A stretch of 60,889 nucleotides of DNA from an uncultured Clostridia bacterium (GTDB taxonomy: Bacteria; Bacillota; Clostridia; Christensenellales; UBA1242): contig CANQUB010000003.1 in the NCBI GenBank assembly GCA_947626955.1, forward strand, positions 1-60,889, read 5' to 3'. Both the position numbers and the translations under genes were made by a program. The notes beneath the pieces were generated by a model. The model was given only the letters and a program-made list of their open reading frames with translations, searched no databases and was not told the DNA's origin. Shown piece after piece: positions 1-8,200 of the stretch (position 1 is its first letter; each line of letters begins with the position of its first letter).

Positions 1-16
1 CTCGGTGGGCAATTGA

Positions 17-115
17 GGCGACCGCGTCCAGTGGACGAAACAGGGAGCCAAGATTGACGCAGCGGTCGAAAAATTAAGGAACTTGTGTCCGCAAATTTTT
101 CGGGACACCGCAAGA
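17..115. repeat. Structured non-coding element (nested hairpins) next to a tRNA-fMet fragment
   Basis: Stem cgaccgc 19-25 / gcggtcg 62-68 encloses gtcc-agt-ggac; cgaaaaatt 67-75 / aatttttcg 94-102; gtgtcc 85-90 / ggacac 103-108. May continue beyond the window start. Confidence 0.45.
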
Positions 116-127
116 GGCGCTTTAGCG

Positions 128-143
128 ATAACCCGAAGGTCGC
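128..143 (+). pseudogene. Fragment resembling initiator tRNA-Met anticodon/variable region (ataacccgaaggtcgc)
   Basis: Matches the Firmicutes tRNA-fMet segment (C)ATAACCCGAAGGTCGC; only 16 nt and preceded by G rather than C. Confidence 0.45.
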
Positions 144-156
144 CCGGTTTTCAGCT

Positions 157-213
157 CAAAAAGATGATGATAAATGCGGAGAGTTCGGTGCGCTCGGTAA
201 GGTGAGCGCAACC
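157..213. repeat. Repeat module B, copy 1 (36-bp core plus hairpin)
   Basis: caaaaagatgatgataaatgcggagagttcggtgcg at 157-192 is identical to 2718-2753; followed by hairpin tgcgctc-ggtaaggt-gagcgca. Confidence 0.9.
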
Positions 214-220
214 TCTTTTA

Positions 221-1420
221 TTATTTTGACAAAGAACCATCTTCTCTACCTTTTGTATAGTTTGTATCGATTACATCTTCGTTTGTGTCAAATCCAAGTT
301 CTTCCCTTGCCTTTTTTAGTTCGTCAGGGTCTATACGGCTAACACTGCCGCCCTGTTCCTTTGTTTCGTTTTGAGCGCTTTCAGGTGGAGTAAAGGTTGG
401 AATGCTTGCATCCAGCGTTTGCGAGCCATCTCCGTTTCTTTCTATTTCCCCAAACTCATTGATGGTAACGCCACTTCTTGTTTCTTCTTGTGGCTCAGGT
501 GGAGTGAAAGTCGGTATACTTGGATCAATTTCAAAAGGGGCATTTTCGTCCCTTTGAATTTCACCAAATTCGTTGATAACAGTTTGCCTTTGCTGCTCAG
601 CCGCATTTATTCTAGTTGCCGCCTCTTTATACTCGTCAAGCGACACAATGCTCTCGCCGGCGTTTTGCCTTTCATAAACCAGCATGCTGGTTAAATCGGT
701 GTTGAATTGGTTAAAGCTGCCAATTTTTTGCTCGAACTCAGTTGCAAAACTCTCTCGCTCTTGCTCTTTAAACCCAAAGCTATTTCGTATAAAGTCGGCC
801 TCAGCAGCACCCATCTTTTTAAGCGCGTCCCTCACTACCGACACTTCTCTAAAATATGCGCCAGCTTGGATATTTTGGCTTTGGTCATGAGTGGTCGTGT
901 CTTGAGAAACTTCAACAGCTTGGAAATCTACGCCATTTTCATGAGCTGTAACACTAACAAGCCCTGCGTTTTCCAGCCCTCGAACATTTTTAAGATACTC
1001 AATCATGATAAGTTGTTCAGCCATTTCTGCCGCCGCCTCATTCGCACCATAGCCCTCTCTTTGCGGTGTTATGTAGCCAACATTTTCATCCATTTGCTCA
1101 TTGAGTTGCAAAACATGGGTTGTTTCGTGGAAAATGGTTTGTCTAAGCTTATCAAGGGCTGGGTCGTTGACATCATTTATATTTTCGAGCGTAGAAATAA
1201 GGTTGCGGTTTGCATATAAGATTGCTTCTTTATGGTCGTCAACTTCTTCGGTTTTTACTTCGGCTTGAGCTGTTCCAAGTTCGTCAGAAAAGTAACCGTG
1301 CTTAAAATCTTTCAGTTTAGCCTCAATGGTGGCTCTGTCAGCCTCAGATGCAATCTTTGAAGAGATAAGTAGGTCAATATATTGCTTTTTAGTTTCAATT
1401 AAAAATTCGCTTATATCCAT
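221..1420 (-). CDS. Putative gluzincin-like metallopeptidase with duplicated C-terminal motif
   Basis: 399-aa ORF; HETTH (HExxH) then NEAAAE third-ligand motif; INEFGEI..IPTFTPPE present twice, 38 aa apart. Confidence 0.65.
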   Translation of the reverse strand: MDISEFLIETKKQYIDLLISSKIASEADRATIEAKLKDFKHGYFSDELGTAQAEVKTEEVDDHKEAILYANRNLISTLENINDVNDPALDKLRQTIFHETTHVLQLNEQMDENVGYITPQREGYGANEAAAEMAEQLIMIEYLKNVRGLENAGLVSVTAHENGVDFQAVEVSQDTTTHDQSQNIQAGAYFREVSVVRDALKKMGAAEADFIRNSFGFKEQERESFATEFEQKIGSFNQFNTDLTSMLVYERQNAGESIVSLDEYKEAATRINAAEQQRQTVINEFGEIQRDENAPFEIDPSIPTFTPPEPQEETRSGVTINEFGEIERNGDGSQTLDASIPTFTPPESAQNETKEQGGSVSRIDPDELKKAREELGFDTNEDVIDTNYTKGREDGSLSK

Positions 1421-1436
1421 TATTTATTCCTTTGAA

Positions 1437-1733
1437 TTATTTTATAGGAAAACCCTTTTTAATAATGTCAAGAGCAGTTAAAGGGTCTTCTCTTAAGAAG
1501 ATTAAAAAGTTATAAGCTCCAATAACATGAAAAGTTTTATTAAGGTTTAGTATGTCTTTTACGCTGTAGCCCTCAACTTTTATTTTTGAGAGATTTTCAC
1601 CGGTGCGGACATAGTGTAAGAACTCGTCTTTTATGTCGTCATATTTAGTCAAATTATTTTCAAAGCCTTTTAACACTTTCTCGCTATACTCTTCCCCATA
1701 GTTCCTTTTTAACCAATCGTAAATTTCATTCAT
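1437..1733 (-). CDS. Small hypothetical protein
   Basis: 98-aa ORF, co-oriented and tightly spaced with both neighbours; RBS-like AAGGAG upstream. Confidence 0.75.
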   Translation of the reverse strand: MNEIYDWLKRNYGEEYSEKVLKGFENNLTKYDDIKDEFLHYVRTGENLSKIKVEGYSVKDILNLNKTFHVIGAYNFLIFLREDPLTALDIIKKGFPIK

Positions 1734-1742
1734 ATATGCTCC

Positions 1743-2405
1743 TTAAAAAGTGAAGTTGTCCCAGCTTTTTTGCGTCTTTTCCTCGTATTTTTTATAGCAC
1801 TTTTTATAATTCTTGTCAAGATTGTCAATATCGAGGTTGTTGAGGAATGCTTCAGCTTTATCTCCAACAACTGAAACCAATTCATTGTAGATTTTTTCGG
1901 TTGTTTTTCTAATTTCGTCAACCTCTTTTTGAACTTCACTCTTTTTGCCATTATATTCTAGGGGAATAAGGTATCTCTTTTTATCAAAATATAAGCAGGC
2001 GGCGGATTTGGTTATTGGAAGGTTTTGAGTTTTTTCCGCAGCATTATCAAAATACTTGAGCTCATTATAGTGTCTTAACATTTCAAGCACAAGCTCATCA
2101 AATTCTTTAGGTAAATTGCCATACCTAACTTTTTGTCCGTTTTGCTTGTAGCGTAAAAGCCCATTTTGATAGACAAGTGCGTTGCAATCGCCCTTGTTTT
2201 CAAGAACTATAACCGCAGTTGGGGAAGTAAAATGTTTGCTAAAACTTGGACTTCTTCTTAAAAAGTGCTTTGGAATATAGTCAAAAATACCAATCGAGGC
2301 TTCTTCATCTAAACCTATAAAGTTATCATAAAAATCCTTGCTTTTTTCTTTGCTGTCAAAAAGAGTGTTTACAGCATTTTCTTTTTTGTTTGTCATAAGC
2401 ACCAC
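1743..2405 (-). CDS. Hypothetical protein
   Basis: 220-aa Lys-rich ORF, AT-rich, first of a three-gene minus-strand unit. Confidence 0.7.
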   Translation of the reverse strand: MVLMTNKKENAVNTLFDSKEKSKDFYDNFIGLDEEASIGIFDYIPKHFLRRSPSFSKHFTSPTAVIVLENKGDCNALVYQNGLLRYKQNGQKVRYGNLPKEFDELVLEMLRHYNELKYFDNAAEKTQNLPITKSAACLYFDKKRYLIPLEYNGKKSEVQKEVDEIRKTTEKIYNELVSVVGDKAEAFLNNLDIDNLDKNYKKCYKKYEEKTQKSWDNFTF

Positions 2406-2499
2406 CGATATAAATTTATTTATTTGAATTATATACTAAATTAGTCCGCAACGCAATTTAATTGATATTTATATTTATTCTTTTGAGGTTGTGTTCCTT

Positions 2500-2548
2500 C
2501 AACCAAATAAAAAGAAAGAGAGGTTCACCCTCTCTTTCTTTTTATTTG
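2500..2548. terminator. Intrinsic terminator-like hairpin, near-duplicated at 2799-2845
   Basis: caaccaaataaaaagaaagagagg-ttca-ccctctctttctttttatttg versus caaccatataaaagaaagagag-ttaagt-ctctctttctttttatttg. Confidence 0.75.
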
Positions 2549-2619
2549 AATACTGGAACGGGTTTTGGCAAATGGCGAGAAGCGGGAAAGTTTTTTGCAA
2601 ATTTTAATGCGGTAAACCC

Positions 2620-2780
2620 AAAGTAGCAGTTATCGTTAGATTTTTGAGATAAAAGGCACAAAAAAGGTTCTTGGCAACACTCCTGCTGTGCCAAGGTTCT
2701 TTTTTGCGACTTTTAGCCAAAAAGATGATGATAAATGCGGAGAGTTCGGTGCGAGGCGTAAGTGCCTCGCAGCATCCGCC
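2620..2780. repeat. Composite repeat: long hairpin module (loop acactcctgctg) plus module B copy 2
   Basis: Homologous to 15700-15830; 36 bp identical to 157-192; hairpins cttggca/tgccaag and tgcgaggc/gcctcgca. Confidence 0.85.
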
Positions 2781-2804
2781 GTTCAAATCCTGTCCCCGCA
2801 ACCA
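2781..2804 (+). pseudogene. 3' fragment (T-loop, acceptor strand, CCA) of initiator tRNA-Met
   Basis: gttcaaatcctgtccccgcaacca matches the tRNA-fMet 3' end; no D-arm or anticodon upstream; followed by a terminator. Confidence 0.7.
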
Positions 2805-2965
2805 TATAAAAGAAAGAGAGTTAAGTCTCTCTTTCTTTTTATTTGGATTGATATTTGTAATTCATCCTTTATGTTTGAAGCTTTATCCTCTTTCAAGCCA
2901 AACATTTTATTTTAACTCAAAAATATATTACACTTAGCATTAACATATGTTATAATAAGAGTATC

Positions 2966-3880
2966 ATGGAAAATAACAAAAAAGAGAAAGTTGCAACTAC
3001 TTTAAAAAGTTCGAAGATAGCAAAAATTAAAAAGCAAAATATTTTGTCCATATTTTTTATGGCGATTGTTTTGGTTGGCAGCTTGGGAGTTGGAGTTGGA
3101 TTGCTTTTATCCGAAATTCTTTACCCGCAAATTGAAGAACTATTTGCTTGCCCCGCTTGGTATCAGGCCTTTTTATATTCTTCGGTAGCCGTTGCGGTGA
3201 TCGGGCTGGTTGGCTGCGGGTTTACAAAAAACTGCCAAAACACCTCAAAACTAGAGTGGCGAATTGAACTATCACTATTTTTGGCGGGGCTTACAATTGA
3301 AATTATTTGTGCACTTGCTCGAACACAATCTTATGTTTTGGACATTTTCATTTGCATTGGCGGGGCAATAAGTTCGGTTGGCTTCTTTTGCGGTATCGGC
3401 AGTTTGATTGGTAGATTAAAGAAGACAAAACTGTTTTATTCAAATATTTACAGCTACCTTATAACCGACGGAACACTCTCGTATGAAAATTTCCCTAAAA
3501 ACAAACCCGCATCTCTTGTGGAGATAATGGAAGTCGAAAAATATTTCGGCACGCCACTGCCAAACGAGCTTGTGGACTTTTTGCTAGAGTTTAACGGCGA
3601 TGTTGCCTTGCTCTTTTCAGCAAGCGAGATTGTCAGCACCACAAAACTTGTGCGTAAGGCTTTTAAAGACACCACCTATGACGGGCTAGATAAGTTCTGT
3701 TTTTTCGGTGCCGACAAGGTCGGCGAAAAAGGAGACCTTTTTTGCTATAAAATATTAGCTGACGGCTCTATAAATGACGGCGAGATATACTTGTGGAAGC
3801 ACAAAACAAACCAAGCCAAGCTTGTTGCAAAGACATTGCCCGAGCTTATAAAAAAGTATTACAACAATAAAATAGATTAA
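2966..3880 (+). CDS. Membrane protein with C-terminal SMI1/KNR4 (SUKH) domain
   Basis: About four hydrophobic N-terminal segments; ASLVEIMEVEKYFGTPLPNELVDFLLEFNG is a typical SUKH start. Confidence 0.7.
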   Translation: MENNKKEKVATTLKSSKIAKIKKQNILSIFFMAIVLVGSLGVGVGLLLSEILYPQIEELFACPAWYQAFLYSSVAVAVIGLVGCGFTKNCQNTSKLEWRIELSLFLAGLTIEIICALARTQSYVLDIFICIGGAISSVGFFCGIGSLIGRLKKTKLFYSNIYSYLITDGTLSYENFPKNKPASLVEIMEVEKYFGTPLPNELVDFLLEFNGDVALLFSASEIVSTTKLVRKAFKDTTYDGLDKFCFFGADKVGEKGDLFCYKILADGSINDGEIYLWKHKTNQAKLVAKTLPELIKKYYNNKID

Positions 3881-3945
3881 GCAATTAATGAGTATATAGA
3901 AAAACGGAAGGCTCTTGCCTTCCGTTTTTTGTTGATATCATGACC

Positions 3946-4836
3946 CTACTTTTTCCCCTTCATTAGCATCTCTTTAAAGACCTCACGGGCGGGGTTGCTG
4001 GCGGCATTTTTGTAGTAGATTAACGAGATGGTGCGAGGGTCTATCTCAAAGTCGGTGTTAATTTTAAAAATTTCTCCCCTCTCCTGTTCGCCCTTGAAAT
4101 AGTCAAGGTTGGCAATGCCAATGGCTGTGCCTTTTTTTATGATCTCCATGACCAGGCCATAGTTTTCAAGGTCATATTTACAAATGAGGTTTATGCCAAA
4201 GTTGCCAAAATAAGTCTCAATATTGGTTCTAGAAGCGTGGCCATGCTCAATCAGTGCTAGTGGCTGGGCGGCGAAGCCTTCACGCGATAGAGGTTTGTTT
4301 AAGAACTTTTTATAGAACTTTTGACCGCCAATTACCGAGTATTTAACCTTAAAGTCCCTGACCAGCCCCATGTCGGGCTTGAGCTGCTCACGGTCGGTCA
4401 TGACAAAGTCGTAGTCATTGTTTCGAAGGCCCTTAATTAGCCCCACCTCGCTGTCTCGAGTGATCTTTATCTCGATGTTTGGATACTTGGCTATAAACTT
4501 GGTCAAATAATCATTGAGTAGCAGGGTGATATTTGCCGTGTCGGTACCAATTCGCAGCACCCCAGTCTTTAGCTTGTTGACGTTGTCAAAATAGCTGTAG
4601 ATGTTGTCTAACTCGCTCAGTATTGGCAGCACCCTTTCATAGATGTGCCGCCCCTCGCTGGTCAGCTCCACCCCCTTGCTCTTGCGGACAAACAGCTTGC
4701 CGCCAAGCTCGCTTTCAAGCTCTTTTATGGCTTTTGTGAGGGCGGGCTGAGAAATATATAGCTTTTCGGCGGCTTTGGTAATGCTCCTTTCGTCGGCCAC
4801 CACAACGAAGGTTTTAAACAAATCGGTGCTTCTCAT
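3946..4836 (-). CDS. LysR-family transcriptional regulator
   Basis: SITKAAEKLYISQPALTKAIKELESELG HTH; LRIGT substrate-binding domain start; 296 aa. Confidence 0.95.
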   Translation of the reverse strand: MRSTDLFKTFVVVADERSITKAAEKLYISQPALTKAIKELESELGGKLFVRKSKGVELTSEGRHIYERVLPILSELDNIYSYFDNVNKLKTGVLRIGTDTANITLLLNDYLTKFIAKYPNIEIKITRDSEVGLIKGLRNNDYDFVMTDREQLKPDMGLVRDFKVKYSVIGGQKFYKKFLNKPLSREGFAAQPLALIEHGHASRTNIETYFGNFGINLICKYDLENYGLVMEIIKKGTAIGIANLDYFKGEQERGEIFKINTDFEIDPRTISLIYYKNAASNPAREVFKEMLMKGKK

Positions 4837-4849
4837 AACTTTTGGTTAT
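4835..4849. promoter_or_regulatory. Candidate LysR recognition box (T-N11-A)
   Basis: ATAAC-TTTTG-GTTAT inverted repeat overlapping the LysR start in the divergent promoter region. Confidence 0.5.
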
Positions 4850-4926
4850 ACCTACCATAAATATTATATATTTTACATTATAACACGCCTTTGCTATAAT
4901 AGCAAGTACGAAGGAGGAAAAAGACC

Positions 4927-5253
4927 ATGAAAAACATTATCAATGCACAAATTTTAAATTTTGTGTTCAACAGGCTAAGGCTTCAAGAAGGCATAGCGAA
5001 AAGCAAAAACCTAGACAAGATTGACAGCGTGACCCTATACAAATTGCTGTTTAATGTCCGCTACAAGACCGACCGCAATTTTCCTCTGACCAATCTTGAA
5101 CAGCTGGCCAAAGACAATTCGGGAAAATTTATATCCATGTATGTTTCCCAAAAGTACGACGAGGCCAAAAAGGTTCAGCCCATCACCAATCTTCCTTTTG
5201 AAGAAGTGGCCCACCTGACTATTGGCGACTTAGACCGTGACAGGTGTGCGTAA
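4927..5253 (+). CDS. Hypothetical protein divergent from LysR
   Basis: 108-aa ORF, strong RBS (aaggagg), followed by terminator 5262-5295. Confidence 0.75.
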   Translation: MKNIINAQILNFVFNRLRLQEGIAKSKNLDKIDSVTLYKLLFNVRYKTDRNFPLTNLEQLAKDNSGKFISMYVSQKYDEAKKVQPITNLPFEEVAHLTIGDLDRDRCA

Positions 5254-5296
5254 ATAAAGCAAAAAAAATACGAGGTTTAATCCTCGTATTTTTTTG

Positions 5297-8200
5297 TTAG
5301 TCAACAGTTACGTGAACGTCCATTTCTTTATTGCTGTCGGCCTTAACTGTGAACGATTGAACTTTGTCTCCACTGCCCCATATGTTCATATTGATCTCAA
5401 AGCCAGTCATATGGACAGTTACATATTTGCTAAACAAGCTCTTGTAGCTCCAAACAATTTCAACACCGTCCACGCCCTGAACGACCTCGGTTCCTTCAAG
5501 AAGTCTTTGGGTAAATGTTCGCTTGCCCGAAGCCACGAGCTCGCCCTTGAAGTATACCTGAAGAGCATCAATATGTGCTCCGTGAGAGCCATACTCTACC
5601 GTGAAGTTGACATTTGTCCAATACTTGATATCTTCTTGCCAGTTGACATTGATTGTAATATCACTGTTTGGCATAATGTTTTCACTTGGCAGGCCGGCAA
5701 GACCGGTGTAGGTATATGCTGTAACCTTTTCGCCGTCGTCAACCGTATCTTTAACAAATCCGCCAAGAGGCTTGATGGTCTCGCCCTGGTAGTAGGTTTG
5801 GCCGCTATAAGCCGTGCCGTATTTGTCTTGATAGTTTACGGTGTATAGGTTGCGAACATAGAGGGTGAAGTCGGCACTTGGCATAACTCCAAGCTTATAC
5901 TTGCCAGCGTTTTCACCGCTTAAAAGCTCGGGCTCAAAGCTGTATCTTGCCGTGAAGGCTTGGTCTTCGAACAGCTGGGTGTTTGGCCTAATTAGCGTAT
6001 ATCTTGCACCCGAAACTGACAACTCGTTATCCATTATGATGGCCATACCTTCATATACACGTCCCGAATATACTTCCTTGCCACCGTCGACGATAGTAAA
6101 GGTGTACTGCTCTGGCACAATCTCCTGCCAACGAGCGGTAAGAGTGATATCTCTTTGAAGTGTGAAGTCGGTAAGTTTATTGCCCTCTTCGTCGAACCAG
6201 CCAAGGAATTTATAGGTTACTGGCAGGTCGCCGTCGTAGGCATTGACATTTTCTAGCATAATCTCATTTATAAGCGTTCCTTCAAGCTTTCTCAATGTCT
6301 CAGGGGCTTGGCCGTATTCGCTTACAAAGGTTATGTCGTAGTAGTTCTTGGTCGATGGTTTCCACCTTGCCTGCAAGACTATATCTTGGTCAAGCATTAC
6401 TCCACCACGGAACCTTACGTCGCCCTGGTAGTATCCTTCAAAGATGAAGAAGATGCAATATTTTTCATCCTTGTGATCCTCTGGGTCACGAACAAGGTTT
6501 TGAAGAACTATTTGTTCTCCCTCAAGCACTTCGAATACATAGTCCTCACGGCCGTCGTTGAATTGAATGGTTACCGTGTGGTATGTGCGACGAAGTGATT
6601 CTTTCCAGTGTGCCACAAGGGTGACATCCTCACGAGGGAAGCCGTCCCCATTAAACTTGGTGCCGTCTTGGTAGTAGTAGCCAACAAACTCGTATGTTAC
6701 AAGTTCATTGCCAATGCGAACCTCTTTTTGAGGGGTTGGCAGCTCAAGCTTAGCTCCGACCATGCCACGGAGTGAGGTCTCTCCCTCTCCGCCGTCGTTG
6801 TCAAGAGTAATGGTTACATATTTCTTGTTGCCTTGCTCAAAATCTCTTCCGCCCGTGCTTGAATATTCACCGTCGGTAGGCCACTTATAGTTGTCCATAA
6901 GCGAAGTGTCGATTACAACTTCCTTACCCGAACCGTCGAGGTGAAGTGGGTTATCATTTGATGTTTTAAGATCAAGGATATTTACAAGTACGAGGTTCAT
7001 TAGCATTGAGTAGAGATAATCATGGTCCTCGGTGTCGTCTCCAAGCTTGGTCTTGTAGGTCGAAAGGCCAACGCTGAGCGAGCCAATGTCAGCATTGTGT
7101 ACAAGCTCTCCAAGGTTAATTTGAATGTTGTGGAAGGTGCCGTCATAGCTGTAGGCTTCAAGCACCTTGCTGACATCGGTCTTGTCGGTTGAGTTGCGGC
7201 TCTTTTCAATGGCAGCATCTATCTGATTTTGTATGTTGTCCGAAAATCCTAGCAACCAGTTTACATAGCCGTCTGCCCCGCCGAGGTTGTCTAGGAACAC
7301 TTGAAGCGAGATCTTGGTCATTCTCTCTAGCGATCCATAAGCGCCCCATCCGTTATCAAAAGTCCTAAGGTAGATGTATCCGTCACGATAGTAAACGTCA
7401 ATCTCACGGTTTCTTTCCCATTTACCAAGGAATCCCGCACCATTGGTGTTTTTAGCTGTCACGCCACCCACAAGTGGGTACCCGGTGATTACGGCCGCAA
7501 TGGTTGGATTGCCGTCGTCGTCAAGAGCCACTTTGATGTCGGCATTGATGGTTGTTGCGTCTATGCCAATGATTCCAAGCTGAATGTCTCCGTTGATATG
7601 GAATCCTTTAAAGCTGGTGGTGTTTACAATGGCCTTAACAAGGTTAGGGCTATCGGTGATGTCGATATAGCTGTCGGTGTTCTCTATATCGGCAATCTCG
7701 TTTACCTCGCCCACTTTCTTGGTCTCGGTATACTCTTCAACACCGCTGCTGGTGTGGTTATTTCTAAGTCCTAGTCCGGCGAAGTTAAGCATAAAGTCAA
7801 TGCTCTTTGTGGCCTTGCCAAGATACAGGTTAGTGAGGCCAATACTTTCGACATTGGTCTTATTTGTGGTCAGGCTTACAGTTATGTCGTCTTTAAATTT
7901 ATCATTGATCTTAGATGCTGCCACAACAATTTTTAGTGTGCCGTTTTCATAGGTTATGCCCTTAAGCAAGCCAATAAGTGCAAGTGGGTTGCCAAAGTCT
8001 ACATTTGGTGCAAGACCCTGCAAGTTGTCTTTGTTAAGGTCAAGATCCTTTGATGCCTCTTGCAAGAAGGAAATTGTGCTAGGGTCAACATCTAGAAGGC
8101 TTAGCACAACGGCCAAAAGCTCTCTAAATGCCGACTGATCCATGCTGAGCTTCATGCTGTCATAGTCGAAGTATAGATGCTGGTCGCTGTCCATGTAGCC

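Noticed and set aside
1-150. Group I intron interrupting tRNA-fMet
   Set aside because: No recognisable P/Q/R/S core and the 5' exon is not visible; kept only as a structured element.
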